64,000 bases of DNA from an uncultured Gemmatimonadota bacterium (GTDB lineage Bacteria > Blakebacterota > Blakebacteria > Blakebacterales > Blakebacteraceae). Below are positions 31,086 through 42,523 of this stretch, piece after piece; position 1 is the stretch's first letter, and the number at the start of each line of letters is the position of its first letter. Where the stretch lies: assembly GCA_964576115.1 (NCBI GenBank), contig CAZNUA010000002.1:85789-149788 (forward strand), read 5' to 3'. A model generated the notes under the pieces. The model made no database searches. It worked only from the letters and a program-made list of their open reading frames with translations, and was not told the DNA's origin. The position numbers and the translations under genes were made by a program.

Positions 31086-32434
31086 GCGGCCGGATCCTGA
31101 TCATTGATGACGAGGGCGGCATCAGAACCAGCCTTGGCGGGCTGCTTGCGGATGAGGGCTACGAAGTCGTCACGGCTGCTTCGGGTGAAGAGGGTCTGGA
31201 AACCGCCGACCGGAGCCGGCCCGATGTGATCCTGCTCGACATGATCCTGGGAGGAATCGACGGCCTCGAGGTCCTGGCCCGGTTCAAGGAAAGAACCTGC
31301 CGGGCTCCGATCATCATGATGAGCGGGCAGGCGACGCTGGAGGCTGCAGTGCAGGCGACCCGGCTCGGCGCGCTCAACTTTCTGGACAAGCCCCTGGATC
31401 CCGGACGCGTTCTGGCCGAGGTGGCGGCGGGGATGGAGATCGCCCGGCTCCGGGCCGAGAACGAAAGCCTGCGGGCCGAAACCGGAGAGACGCCCCGGAT
31501 GGTGGGTGAATCACGGGCCATGCGGCGCCTGCGCGAGCAGATCCGGAAGGTCGCTCCCACCAACGCCTCGGTTCTCATCCTGGGCGCCAGCGGCACCGGG
31601 AAGGAACTCGTGGCCCGGGCTGTACACGCTCTCAGCAACCGGACGGAGGAGGCCTTTGTCCAGGTCAATTGCGCGGCCATCCCCCGCGAACTCATCGAAA
31701 GCGAACTCTTCGGTTACGAACGGGGGGCCTTCACTGGTGCTGCCGGCCGTCACCGGGGCCGATTCGAGCAGGCTGACGGAGGCAGCATTTTCCTCGATGA
31801 AGTCGCCGACACCAGCGCCGAAGCCCAGGCCCGACTCCTGCGCGTTCTCCAGGAAGGAGAAGTCCAGCGTCTGGGGGGCGAGGAAATCCTGCATGTCGAT
31901 GTGCGGGTCATTGCCGCGACAAACCGCGAACTCGGCCGGCTCATCGAGACCGGCGAATTTCGCGAGGATCTTTTTTACCGCCTGAATGTCATGCCCCTCG
32001 AGGTGCCTATGCTCGACGAGCGGACCGAGGATATCCCGGATCTGGCCCGGGAGTTCATCACTCTTTTCGCCCGTCGGAATGACCGTCGACCGATCGATCT
32101 GCGGCCCGATGCCCTGGCTGTTCTGCAGGACAGCACGTGGCCCGGGAACGTCCGGCAGTTCCGGAACACCATCGAACGACTGATGATCCTGTACGAGGGC
32201 GAGGAAATCGGCGCCGCCGAAGTCCGGGATGTCGTCGAGGGCGTACCCGCATCGGACGATGTCCCTCCTGCCGATGGCGAAGCGAGCCTGCGCGATCTGA
32301 TCGAGGGCTATGAAGAGCGGCTCCTACGCCGGGAACTCGAAGCCGCCGGAGGGGTCATTTCGCGCGTTGCCGAGCGCTTGAACACCGATCGGGCAAATCT
32401 CTACCGGAAACTGAAACGATACGGTTTGAAATGA
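31082..32434 (+). CDS. NtrX/NtrC-family sigma54-dependent response regulator
   Basis: REC domain (IDDE, LLDM); Walker A GASGTGKE; ESELFG; GAFTGA; FLDEV; WPGNVR; Fis-type HTH. Confidence 0.95.
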   Translation: MSGRILIIDDEGGIRTSLGGLLADEGYEVVTAASGEEGLETADRSRPDVILLDMILGGIDGLEVLARFKERTCRAPIIMMSGQATLEAAVQATRLGALNFLDKPLDPGRVLAEVAAGMEIARLRAENESLRAETGETPRMVGESRAMRRLREQIRKVAPTNASVLILGASGTGKELVARAVHALSNRTEEAFVQVNCAAIPRELIESELFGYERGAFTGAAGRHRGRFEQADGGSIFLDEVADTSAEAQARLLRVLQEGEVQRLGGEEILHVDVRVIAATNRELGRLIETGEFREDLFYRLNVMPLEVPMLDERTEDIPDLAREFITLFARRNDRRPIDLRPDALAVLQDSTWPGNVRQFRNTIERLMILYEGEEIGAAEVRDVVEGVPASDDVPPADGEASLRDLIEGYEERLLRRELEAAGGVISRVAERLNTDRANLYRKLKRYGLK

Positions 32435-35400
32435 CCGGCCGCAGGGCCGAGACCCACCCGCCCCTGCTCGGACCGTGGTCCGAGGCGGTCCTGCGCACGA
32501 AGCTGGCTCGGGATCTGCTCGCCCGACTGCGTGAAGGCTCTCGGGCGACCCTGCCGGCGCTACCCGGTTCGCTGGGCACCGTACTGCTGGCGAGCGCCGC
32601 TGACAGACTCGAACGTCCCCTGCTGGCCGTTTTCCCCGAGAGCGATGAGGCCGCCGCCGCCGCGCTCGATTTCGCCACCCTCCTCGGCGAGGAAAGGGTT
32701 GCCTTTCTGCCGCCGATCCCCGCCGCGGCCTATGAGGAATTCACGCCCGACCCGACTCTGATCGTCGAACGACATGACGCCCTGCGCCGCCTGCTGGTTC
32801 CGGGCGCGGCGGCCGGGGTGGTGGTCGCTCCGATCCGGGCGCTGCTCCTGCCGGTTCCGTCTCCCGCAGACCTGCGGCAGTTGTATCTCGAGCTCGCCGT
32901 CGGACGGCGATGTGCTTTGACCTGGCTCGTCGGCTGGCTGGCGGCGGCCGGGTACGAGCGGGAACCGATGGCCCAGAGACCGGGGGAATTTGCGGTCCGG
33001 GGAGGACTGGTGGATATCGTTCCCCCCGGACGGACCCGCGGTCTGCGGATCGAGTACTGGGGCGATGAGATCGAGAGTATCCGCGAATACAGTCTGCGCG
33101 ACCAGCGGTCGATCGGCGGCCAGGGTCAGGCGGAGGTGCCCGCCGCGGCACCCTTCATCATCGACGATGAAACGCGGGTGCGCGCCGCGGGTCGGACGGC
33201 GGAGTTCGCTCCCGACCTGATTGAAAAAACGCCGCTGGGAGCGGTCGGAGCCGAACGCGGCCGTCCTGACGGCCTTTTCTGGTACTACCCCTTCTTTCTG
33301 GAACGGGCAGGGCGGGTAACCGAGCTTCTTCCCGAATCTACCCTCGTGGCCCTCTGGGAACCGGAGCGGATCGAACCGGTCGTGAAAGGCACCGCGGCCG
33401 AGTTCGAGGCGCGGTACGAGGCCAGGGAGGATGCCGGCGGGTGGCCATCCCCCGCCGAACTCGAGCCCGGGGCAGGATTCCTCGACCGGCTCGGCGGGGC
33501 CTATGCCGGAGCCCGCCTGCCGCTGGTGGCACCGCCGGCGGAGGCGATCCTGACCACCAATGCCCGCCCGGCGGGTACCTTCAGCGGTGATTTTCCGGCC
33601 CTGCGCGAAGAGCTTGCCGCCCTGGGCCGGACGGGAATCAGGACCGTCATCCTGGTCGAGGACAGCGGCCAGAAAAAGCGCCTGACCGACCTTCTGATAC
33701 CGGAATCCACCGGACAGAACCCGCCCGAGATCGTGATCGGACAGCTCGAACGCGGCTTTACCTGGCCCGAGGCCGCCCTGGCGGTCTGGCCCGATCACGA
33801 ACTCTTCGGCCGGCCGCGTCGTCCGGCCGTCCGAAGGAGTTTTCCGGGCGAGGCGATCGGGACCTGGCAGGTTCTCTCGGTCGGCGATCATGTGGTGCAC
33901 GTCGACCACGGGATCGGCCGTTTCGAGGGACTCCGCACGATGGAAGTCGACGAACGTGAACACGAACTCCTCGAACTGACCTACGCCGGCAACGACCGTC
34001 TCCTGGTACCGGTCGACCAGCTCTACCGGGTGCGGCGCTATGCCGGAACCGACCCTGATTCGCCGCCGGCCCTTAATACCCTGGGTACGGCCGGGTGGGA
34101 GCGGACGGTAGAGCGAGCCCGGACCGATCTCCTCGAGATGGCGTCCGAGCTGGCCAGGATCTACGCCGTCCGCGAAACCGCGGAGCGCCCGGGTTGGCCG
34201 GCCGACGACCTGATGATGGAGGAACTCGAAGCCGGTTTCCCCTGGACCGAAACTCCCGATCAGGCCCGGGCGGTCGAGGCGGTCAAGCGGGACCTGGAGG
34301 CTGACCGGCCCATGGATCGCCTGATCTGCGGTGATGTGGGGTACGGGAAGACTGAAGTGGCGATCAGGGCGGCACTCAAAGTCATCGAGGGGGGCGGGCA
34401 GGTCGCGGTCCTGGTACCGACCACCGTTCTGGCCCAGCAGCACCTGGAAACCTTCCGCTCGCGGCTCGAGCGGGTGCCGGTCAGAATCGAAATGCTCAGC
34501 CGGTTCCGCACCCCCGTTCAGCAGCGAGGCACCCTGGAGGGGCTTGCTGCCGGCACCACCGATCTGGTGATCGGCACCCATCGGCTGCTTTCGCCCGATG
34601 TCGACTTCGCCCGGCTTGGATTGATCGTCATCGACGAGGAACACCGCTTCGGTGTCCGGGCCAAGGAGAAACTGCGGGCGCTGCGAGCCCGGGTGGATGT
34701 ACTCAGCATGACGGCCACACCGATTCCACGCACGCTGCACATGTCGCTCTCCGGCCTGCGGGACATTTCGATCATCACGACCCCGCCGGAAGACCGCCTG
34801 CCGGTTCACACCGAGGTCGTGACCTTCGATGAAGAGCTGATCGAAACAGCTATTCGGCGGGAAAGGGAGCGGGGTGGGCAGGTCTTCTTCGTCCATAACC
34901 GGGTCCGGTCGATCGAAGCGGTGGCGCAACTGCTGGCCCGGCTGGTTCCCGAGGCCCGGATCGAGATCGGCCACGGACAGATGAGCGAGCGCCGCCTCGA
35001 GCGGGTCATGCTGGAATTCACTGCCGGTGCGGTCGACGTGCTGGTCTCGACCATGATCATCGAGTCGGGGCTCGATCTGCCCAATGCGAACACCCTCATC
35101 GTCAACCGGGCCGACCGTCTCGGTCTGGCTCAGCTCTACCAGCTGCGCGGTCGGGTGGGCCGTTCCAATCTGCGGGCCCGGGCCTATTTCATGGTGCCCC
35201 GCGGGCGCACCCTCGGCCCCGATGCCCGCAGTCGCCTGCGGGCCCTGCGCGAATATACCGACCTCGGGGCCGGACTGGAGCTGGCCCTGAGAGATCTCGA
35301 GATCCGGGGGACGGGCAACCTCCTCGGACCGCAGCAGCACGGGCATATCGCCGCCGTGGGTCTGGATCTGTACCAGCAGATGCTCGACGAGGCGATCGCC

Positions 35401-35940
35401 GAAATACGCGGCAGCCCCGGCACCACGAGGATCCCGCCCCGGGTCGAGATCGATGCCGAAGCTCTGCTCCCCGAAAGCTATATTCCCGTTCCCTCGGCCC
35501 GGATCGCCCTCTATCGCCGGGCGGTCGAGGCCCGCACCCTCGACGAGCTGGGAGAGGTGGCGAACGAACTGACCGACCGTTTCGGACCGCCGCCGCCTGC
35601 GGCCCGGGCCTTTCTCGAGGTCGCCGTGCTGCGCTGGATTGGCACGGAACTCGGTCTCGATTCGCTGGTCGTAGAGAGGAACCGGCTTCTGGCCCGGTTC
35701 CGTACCGGGGTCACACTCGATCCCGACCAGTGGGAAGAGCTGCTGGAGCGCCTGGGTGAGGCGGCCCGATTCCGCGGTCGGGATCCTCTGACCTGTGAGC
35801 TGGCGCTGACGTCGACCGGGGCCGCCGAGCGCCTCGCCGAGGCCAGAAACTTCTTGCTGACGGAAGACGAAGCGGAATACGTTACGGAATTCATGTCGGG
35901 AAGCAAATCAGCCGAGGGGGCGCAACATGGGCAGAGGTGA
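32431..35940 (+). CDS. mfd: transcription-repair coupling factor
   Basis: VRGGLVD, CarD-like VVHVDHGIG, GDVGYGKT, DEEHRFG, TATPIPRT and QLRGRVGR. Confidence 0.97.
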   Translation: MTGRRAETHPPLLGPWSEAVLRTKLARDLLARLREGSRATLPALPGSLGTVLLASAADRLERPLLAVFPESDEAAAAALDFATLLGEERVAFLPPIPAAAYEEFTPDPTLIVERHDALRRLLVPGAAAGVVVAPIRALLLPVPSPADLRQLYLELAVGRRCALTWLVGWLAAAGYEREPMAQRPGEFAVRGGLVDIVPPGRTRGLRIEYWGDEIESIREYSLRDQRSIGGQGQAEVPAAAPFIIDDETRVRAAGRTAEFAPDLIEKTPLGAVGAERGRPDGLFWYYPFFLERAGRVTELLPESTLVALWEPERIEPVVKGTAAEFEARYEAREDAGGWPSPAELEPGAGFLDRLGGAYAGARLPLVAPPAEAILTTNARPAGTFSGDFPALREELAALGRTGIRTVILVEDSGQKKRLTDLLIPESTGQNPPEIVIGQLERGFTWPEAALAVWPDHELFGRPRRPAVRRSFPGEAIGTWQVLSVGDHVVHVDHGIGRFEGLRTMEVDEREHELLELTYAGNDRLLVPVDQLYRVRRYAGTDPDSPPALNTLGTAGWERTVERARTDLLEMASELARIYAVRETAERPGWPADDLMMEELEAGFPWTETPDQARAVEAVKRDLEADRPMDRLICGDVGYGKTEVAIRAALKVIEGGGQVAVLVPTTVLAQQHLETFRSRLERVPVRIEMLSRFRTPVQQRGTLEGLAAGTTDLVIGTHRLLSPDVDFARLGLIVIDEEHRFGVRAKEKLRALRARVDVLSMTATPIPRTLHMSLSGLRDISIITTPPEDRLPVHTEVVTFDEELIETAIRRERERGGQVFFVHNRVRSIEAVAQLLARLVPEARIEIGHGQMSERRLERVMLEFTAGAVDVLVSTMIIESGLDLPNANTLIVNRADRLGLAQLYQLRGRVGRSNLRARAYFMVPRGRTLGPDARSRLRALREYTDLGAGLELALRDLEIRGTGNLLGPQQHGHIAAVGLDLYQQMLDEAIAEIRGSPGTTRIPPRVEIDAEALLPESYIPVPSARIALYRRAVEARTLDELGEVANELTDRFGPPPPAARAFLEVAVLRWIGTELGLDSLVVERNRLLARFRTGVTLDPDQWEELLERLGEAARFRGRDPLTCELALTSTGAAERLAEARNFLLTEDEAEYVTEFMSGSKSAEGAQHGQR

Positions 35941-37678
35941 GGGAGCGTACAGTCGGGGCAGGGCCGCTCTGCTGGCAATCCTCGGTCTGGGAACGGCCGT
36001 GGTCGCAGCCTGTTCGGGATCCGATTGGGATGAAGGGGGAGTTGTTGCGCGAGTCAACGGTCGTGAGATTACCATGGCACGTTTTCAGGAGTTCTACATG
36101 CCACCGCAGACCCCGATCCGGGGTGCCGAAGAGGTCATGCAGGAACTCAACGAGCGTCTCGACCAACTGATAGGATATGTACTCATCGAAGAGGCCGGCC
36201 GTGAAATAGGCCTTCTGAAAGACGAGGGATACCGCCAGCGGAAGCACCTTTTCGAGATCGACATCCTCAACCGTCTCTACCAGCAGAAGATGATCGCCGA
36301 GCGGGTTACGGTCGACGATCGAGACGTCCAGGAGATCCTCGATCGCTCGGCCAACGAACGGCATTTCCAGCACATCCTCGTGGTCACTGCCGAAGCCGCC
36401 GAGGACGTCAAAGCGCGCCTGCTGGCCGGCGACGACTGGGGTGATCTGGCGGTGGAATACTCCCACGACGACGAGGCGGCCATCAACCGGGGTGACCTTG
36501 GCTGGCTCACTTGGGGCCGTATGCCCCTCTCGCTCTATCCCGAGCTGCAGGAGGTTGCTTTCCGGATCCCGGAGGGCTCGTGGGAGGGCCCGATCAGGCA
36601 GGGCAGCGAGTACCATTTCATCAAGGTTCTCGAGGACCGGACCAGGGCCGCGGGCTCGGCCGGTGAAGAATGGGCCGCAGCTCGAGCCCTCGTCTATGAT
36701 ACAAATCTGCGCCAGGCCGAGCAGTCTTTCACCGACGAGGTCTGGCGCGAAGGGGAGTGTGCCCTGAATGCCGATCAGTTCATCTGGTTGCTCGAACAGA
36801 TTCAGGAATCCTTTACAACCCAGCCGGCCTTCAACGCCGTACCCGTCCTCACTCGGGAGGACAACCGCCGGGTCATCATCTCATCGAGGCACGGGGACTA
36901 TACCGCCCGCGTTCTGCTCGACCGACTGGCCCTGCTCAATCCTCAGGAACGCGACAACGCGGTGACGGTCGACGAGTGGCGAAGCCGGTTCATCGGTTGG
37001 GTAATGAACGATCGTGTCGCCGAGATGGCCCGGGACGAGAAGCTCCACCGGACGCGTGAATTCAGCATCCGGATGCGCAACTACGTCGAGAGCTACCTCT
37101 ACTCGACCATGGTGAACAATATCCGGTCCAGCGTGGGGGCACCCACCGACGAGCAGGTCGAGGCCTACTACAACAACCATCCCGCGGAATTCAACCTGCC
37201 CGAACGGCGCCGTTTCGTCGAGATCCTCGTCGCCACCCGGGCCGAAGCCGATGATATCCTGCAGCAGGCCCGGGCCGGCACCGATATGCGCCAGCTGGCG
37301 TACCACAATACCCTCCGGGAAGGATTCCGCGAGAACTTCGGACAGTTCCATCCGATCAGTCGCGGGGAATTCGGCGCTCTGGGTGAAGCCGTTTTCGCAA
37401 CCCCGCTGGACGAGATCGGTCCGATCGTCGAGACTCCTCTGGGTTTCAGTGTTTTTCAGGTTACAGCGATCTATCCTCCCGAACAGCGTCAACTCGAAGA
37501 TATCCGGGATAATCTCGCCCGCCAGCTCCACAATATGGCGCGAACCCAGGTCATGGAGTCCTTCACCGAAAATGCCTGGCGGGAAGCGAGGATCACCAAG
37601 GATATGGACCACCTGCGTGAATATGCTGTGCAGGTCGCCCGGGCGACCAGGGCAGCGGCGGACTCGACCGGTGGGTAA
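35927..37678 (+). CDS. parvulin-type peptidyl-prolyl isomerase lipoprotein (two rotamase domains)
   Basis: Lipobox VAAC; HILV, LAVEYS and RGDLGW; second domain with ETPLGF. Confidence 0.85.
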   Translation: MGRGEGAYSRGRAALLAILGLGTAVVAACSGSDWDEGGVVARVNGREITMARFQEFYMPPQTPIRGAEEVMQELNERLDQLIGYVLIEEAGREIGLLKDEGYRQRKHLFEIDILNRLYQQKMIAERVTVDDRDVQEILDRSANERHFQHILVVTAEAAEDVKARLLAGDDWGDLAVEYSHDDEAAINRGDLGWLTWGRMPLSLYPELQEVAFRIPEGSWEGPIRQGSEYHFIKVLEDRTRAAGSAGEEWAAARALVYDTNLRQAEQSFTDEVWREGECALNADQFIWLLEQIQESFTTQPAFNAVPVLTREDNRRVIISSRHGDYTARVLLDRLALLNPQERDNAVTVDEWRSRFIGWVMNDRVAEMARDEKLHRTREFSIRMRNYVESYLYSTMVNNIRSSVGAPTDEQVEAYYNNHPAEFNLPERRRFVEILVATRAEADDILQQARAGTDMRQLAYHNTLREGFRENFGQFHPISRGEFGALGEAVFATPLDEIGPIVETPLGFSVFQVTAIYPPEQRQLEDIRDNLARQLHNMARTQVMESFTENAWREARITKDMDHLREYAVQVARATRAAADSTGG

Positions 37679-37708
37679 ATTCGCCACAGAGAACGGGTGG
37701 AATCCAAC

Positions 37709-38566
37709 ATGACACCCCGACAACCCTGCCTCAGCCTGGCCGGCGGCATTACGATCGCTCTACTGATCACAGGCTGCACCCCAGCCGAGACCGAACCGGT
37801 CATCGCCCAGGTGGGCGATGTCACCCTGACCCTTTCGACACTCCATGAACTGGTTCCGGAACAGACTCTGAGCCGGGCGACCAGGGACGAGTTCACCGCC
37901 TATGTCAACCAGTGGGTCCGGCAGGAGCTTCTCTGCCAGGCGGCCGAGGAGATGGGTTACGGGACCGACGCCCGGGTGGAGCAGCGTGTGATCGAAGCCC
38001 GCCGCAGTATCATGGTCGACACCTTTCTCGAGGACGAGCTCGATCTGACACCCTTTCTTTCGGAGGAAGAGATCACCTCCTACTATCAGAGCAATATCGA
38101 GAGCTTCGTCCGTGAAGAAGAAGAAGTCCGGGCGGTTCTGCTCTGGTTCGACACCGAAGCGGAGGCTGCCCGGGTGCGGTCCGCCGTCGCGGCCGGGAAC
38201 ACACCGGCCGAAGTCGCCGCCGACACCTCGTTTCACATCGTCGCCGCCGATCTCGATCTCGACTACATGACCCGGCACGAACTCGGCGAAGAGCTCGGCG
38301 ACATCGTCTTCGCCCAGCGGGCGGGAACCCTCTCCCAGCCGCTGCGGGTCGGGGACAGCGTCGTCATCATCCAGATCCTCGACCGGCAGGAAGCCGGCCA
38401 GACGCGGACTCTCGAGGAGGTGCGGGACGAGATCGTCATGCGGCAGACATCCAATCTGTGGGATATGAAACTGGACGAGTTGCTGACCCGACTGCTCGAA
38501 GAGGCCGACGTGTCTATCAATATCCAGGCTGGATACGAAGCCCTGGGACGGGGGCGGGAAAGATGA
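37709..38566 (+). CDS. PrsA/parvulin-like foldase lipoprotein
   Basis: Lipobox ITGC; VIAQVGD; degenerate rotamase domain. Confidence 0.75.
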   Translation: MTPRQPCLSLAGGITIALLITGCTPAETEPVIAQVGDVTLTLSTLHELVPEQTLSRATRDEFTAYVNQWVRQELLCQAAEEMGYGTDARVEQRVIEARRSIMVDTFLEDELDLTPFLSEEEITSYYQSNIESFVREEEEVRAVLLWFDTEAEAARVRSAVAAGNTPAEVAADTSFHIVAADLDLDYMTRHELGEELGDIVFAQRAGTLSQPLRVGDSVVIIQILDRQEAGQTRTLEEVRDEIVMRQTSNLWDMKLDELLTRLLEEADVSINIQAGYEALGRGRER

Positions 38567-39876
38567 ACAGAACGGCGAAAGAACTCTTTCTGGCAGTGGT
38601 TCTCCTGGCGGCCCTGACTCCTGCGGGCCGGGCTCAGCAGCTGCAGGGGGAACGGTTTGCCCTGGACTCGATCGCGGCGATCGTGGGGTCGGAGATCATT
38701 CTGCGAAGCGAGATCGATCTGCAGCTCTATATCGAAACCCAGAGCCGCGGTATCGCTCTCGAGACTCTTTCCGAAGCGCAGATCGACACCATGCGCCGGG
38801 GCATCCTCGACAACCTCATCAACCAGAAAGTCATTGTGGCCCGGGCCGTGCGCGACTCGATCGTGGTTTCCCGCAGCGAGGTGGATACGGCCGTCGATCA
38901 GTGGCTGGCACAGATCAAGCAGAGCATGGGAGGTGAGGCGGCTTTCCAGGCTCAGCTGGCAGCCGAGAATATGACCGAACGGGATCTGCGCGAACGCCGC
39001 TGGGAAATGGCTCAGGACGAGCTGCTCCGCAGTCGGCTCTTCCAGCAGATCGGTATCCGGATGAGTCCGGTCTCGCGCCGGGAGGGAGAAGCCTATCTGC
39101 AGGAGAACGCCGCTGCTCTGATGCCGTTGCGGATGATCTTCCTGGCCGCCCCGCCCGAAGCAGAACTCGATTCCCTGGCCCATGCCCGGGCTCGCGAAGT
39201 GCGTCGCCGGATTGTCGAAGGAGGGGAAGAATTCGGGGCCATCGCCCGGACCGAATCGGCTGACGGGGGGAGCGGTGCGGCCGGGGGCGACCTGGGCGAA
39301 GCACCCCGCGGCACATATGTGGCAACGATCGACTCCACTGTCTGGAATACCCCCGTCGGCGAAGTATCGGCACCCGTCCGCAGCCAGTTCGGGTGGCACC
39401 TGGTGCAGGTCACCGCCCGCGACAGCACCGCTGCCCGCGCCCGCCACATCCTGATCGGTCTCCAGGCCGACCAGGCCCTGGCCAGCAGCATCGACGAAGT
39501 CGAGCGGGCCCTGGCCGAGGGGGAATCCTTCGGCACGCTCATCACGCGCCACAGCCAGGCCCCGGAAAGCGAGCAGAACGAAGGTTTTTTCGCCGTCCTG
39601 CCCGAGCAGACCACCCCGCAGGAGAGCAATCTGCCGGCCGAATGGATCAACGAGCTGAGACAGTTGATCCCGGGTGATTGGGCCGGACCGTGGGAGTCTC
39701 CCGAAGGAGTGTTCTTCTTCGAGCGCCTGCCCATGGATGGGGATACCATCCAGCTCATCCTGCGGGTCGATTTCGCCCGGGTCGAAGCCTACATCCAGCG
39801 CCAGCGGCAGATCGCCCAGATCGAGGAATTCGTCTCCGAACTTCGCAGCGAGACCTATATCGAGATCAAACCGTGA
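38563..39876 (+). CDS. surA: SurA-like periplasmic chaperone/PPIase
   Basis: DSIAAIVGSEIILRSE N-terminus; GGDLG, SQFGWHLV and ARHILI; precedes pdxA. Confidence 0.8.
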   Translation: MNRTAKELFLAVVLLAALTPAGRAQQLQGERFALDSIAAIVGSEIILRSEIDLQLYIETQSRGIALETLSEAQIDTMRRGILDNLINQKVIVARAVRDSIVVSRSEVDTAVDQWLAQIKQSMGGEAAFQAQLAAENMTERDLRERRWEMAQDELLRSRLFQQIGIRMSPVSRREGEAYLQENAAALMPLRMIFLAAPPEAELDSLAHARAREVRRRIVEGGEEFGAIARTESADGGSGAAGGDLGEAPRGTYVATIDSTVWNTPVGEVSAPVRSQFGWHLVQVTARDSTAARARHILIGLQADQALASSIDEVERALAEGESFGTLITRHSQAPESEQNEGFFAVLPEQTTPQESNLPAEWINELRQLIPGDWAGPWESPEGVFFFERLPMDGDTIQLILRVDFARVEAYIQRQRQIAQIEEFVSELRSETYIEIKP

Positions 39877-40871
39877 CCGCGGAAAGCGCCCGGCGTCTCG
39901 TCATCACCCCGGGCGATCCCGCGGGGATCGGACCCGAGGTCGTTCTGCGGGCTCTGCCCGAACTGATCGGGGAAACCGGCGCGAGCCTCAGCCTGGTCGG
40001 CCCCGAACGGCTCTGGGAAGCAGCGGCCGAGAGGCTGGGGCTTCCGAGTCCGCTCGGAGAGGGAATCGAGTGCGTACCGATCGAAGAATCGGGACGTTTC
40101 AACGACGAGTTGATCGAGCACCTGCTCTTCTCGGGCCGGGTCTCGACGGACAGTGCGGCCCTGGCCCTGGCTGCCCTCGAAACGGGCGAAGCCGTCGCCC
40201 GCTCAAGTCCGGCCGATACGGCGATCGTGACCGGCCCGGTACACAAGGGGGCCCTGCATACCCTCGGCTTCACCGAACCGGGCCAGACGGAGTGGTTTGC
40301 CCACCGCTGCGGTGCCGAACCGCTGATGATGCTCATCGGGGGACGTCTGCGGGCAGCCGTTCTCACGACCCACCTGCCTCTGCGCGAGGTAGCCGCAGCC
40401 CTGAACCGCGACCTCGTACGGGCGAAGCTGACCATTCTCGACGACGCCCTGCGCCGGCTGTTCGGGCTCTCCGAACCCCGGATCGCTCTGCTGGCGCTCA
40501 ATCCGCACGGGGGCCAGGCGGCCGAAGAGGGGGAGGAAGAAAAATTGATCCTGCGGCCGGCGGTCGAAGAAGCCCGGGCAGCGGGAATCGGTGCGGCGGG
40601 ACCGTTCAGCGCCGATGCCTTCTTTGGACGACGGGCCTGGGAGAAATACGATGCCGTCCTGGCGCCTTACCACGACCAGGGACTCATCCCGGTCAAGATC
40701 GAAGCGGCGGGAGCGGGGGTGAACCTCACCCTCGGTCTGCCGATCATCCGTACCTCCCCCGACCACGGCACCGCCTTCGATATCGCCGGCCGGGGCCAAG
40801 CCGATGCCCGGGCCACGATCGCTGCCGGCCGGCTGGCGGCCGCGCTTCTGCGAGGAGAAGGAGCCGTCTGA
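39873..40871 (+). CDS. pdxA: 4-hydroxythreonine-4-phosphate dehydrogenase
   Basis: GDPAGIGPE, TTHLPL, NPH, YHDQG and RTSPDHGTAFDIAG. GTG start overlaps the surA stop. Confidence 0.95.
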   Translation: MTAESARRLVITPGDPAGIGPEVVLRALPELIGETGASLSLVGPERLWEAAAERLGLPSPLGEGIECVPIEESGRFNDELIEHLLFSGRVSTDSAALALAALETGEAVARSSPADTAIVTGPVHKGALHTLGFTEPGQTEWFAHRCGAEPLMMLIGGRLRAAVLTTHLPLREVAAALNRDLVRAKLTILDDALRRLFGLSEPRIALLALNPHGGQAAEEGEEEKLILRPAVEEARAAGIGAAGPFSADAFFGRRAWEKYDAVLAPYHDQGLIPVKIEAAGAGVNLTLGLPIIRTSPDHGTAFDIAGRGQADARATIAAGRLAAALLRGEGAV

Positions 40872-40961
40872 GACCCGCTTCCCGGTTCGCCTGTCGGCGG
40901 ACCGGATTCCTTTATAGTATCATCGGGTTACTGTCTCCCCACCCCCGGGCGGGAGAAGGTC

Positions 40962-41635
<674 letters not shown>

Positions 41636-41639
<4 letters not shown>

Positions 41640-42490
41640 GAGTGGCCTACGCCGTGGCCGAAGCTTTCCGCTCGATGCGGCGCATACCCCTGATGACCAG
41701 TGTGGCGGTGGGCACCATCATGCTCTCCCTGCTGGTCTTCGGTCTCTTCGTCCTGGTGACCTACAACGTCCGGGCGGCTCTGGGCGAGATCCGCTCGCGG
41801 GTCGATGTCGAAGCTTTTCTGACCGATGAGGTACAGGATCAGGAGCTGGCCCTGCTCCGCGGCCGGGTGGCGAGCCTGCCGGGGGTCGAGAGCGTACAGT
41901 ACATCAGCAAAGAGCAGGCCCGGGAGCGCTTCATCGCCGATTACGGCGACTCGCTGCTGACCCTGCTGGATGAAAATCCCCTGCCGGCTTCCCTGCTGAT
42001 CTACCTCGTCGAAGAGCGGCGGACTGCCGAGGGAGCCGAGAGCGTCGCCCGGACGGTACACGGGATGGCGGGGGTGAGCGACGTGGCCTCGGGGCGCGGC
42101 TGGGTCGGGGAATTCGACCGGCTGGTGGTGGCTCTGACGGCGATCTCGATCCTGATCGGGCTGGTGGTCGCCCTGGCCAGCGTCTTCGTCATCAGCAATA
42201 CCGTCAAACTCACGGTCTGGGCCCGTCGGGAAGCAATTGCGATCATGAAGCTGGTCGGTGCCACCGATGCCTTCGTCAAACTGCCCTTTTTCATCGAGGG
42301 CACCCTGCAGGGCCTGACCGGCGGCATTCTGGCTCTGGGAATACTCTACGCCCTCTACGGCTACCTGCTTCCCGGTCTGGCCGGGATTCTCTTCCTGCCG
42401 CCGGCGGTCTGCGGCGGTCTGGTGCTCATGGGCGCCCTGCTCGGCGGGATCGGCAGCCAGGTCAGCCTGAAGCAGTTTCTGGAGGTCTAG
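41636..42490 (+). CDS. ftsX: cell division permease FtsX
   Basis: 4-TM layout; NPLPAS; NTVKLT..RRE.I.IMKLVGAT...PF..EG. Confidence 0.93.
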
Positions 42491-42523
42491 TGTCATGTCA
42501 TGTGACAGGAAACGGGGATCCCG

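Noticed and set aside
32560-35346. 928-aa antisense ORF over mfd, and similar long shadows (22942-24855, 41594-43552, 44947-46539, 3533-5320, 1716-3551)
   Set aside because: They lie opposite well-conserved genes and have no recognisable motifs; long stop-free antisense frames are expected with high-GC codon bias.
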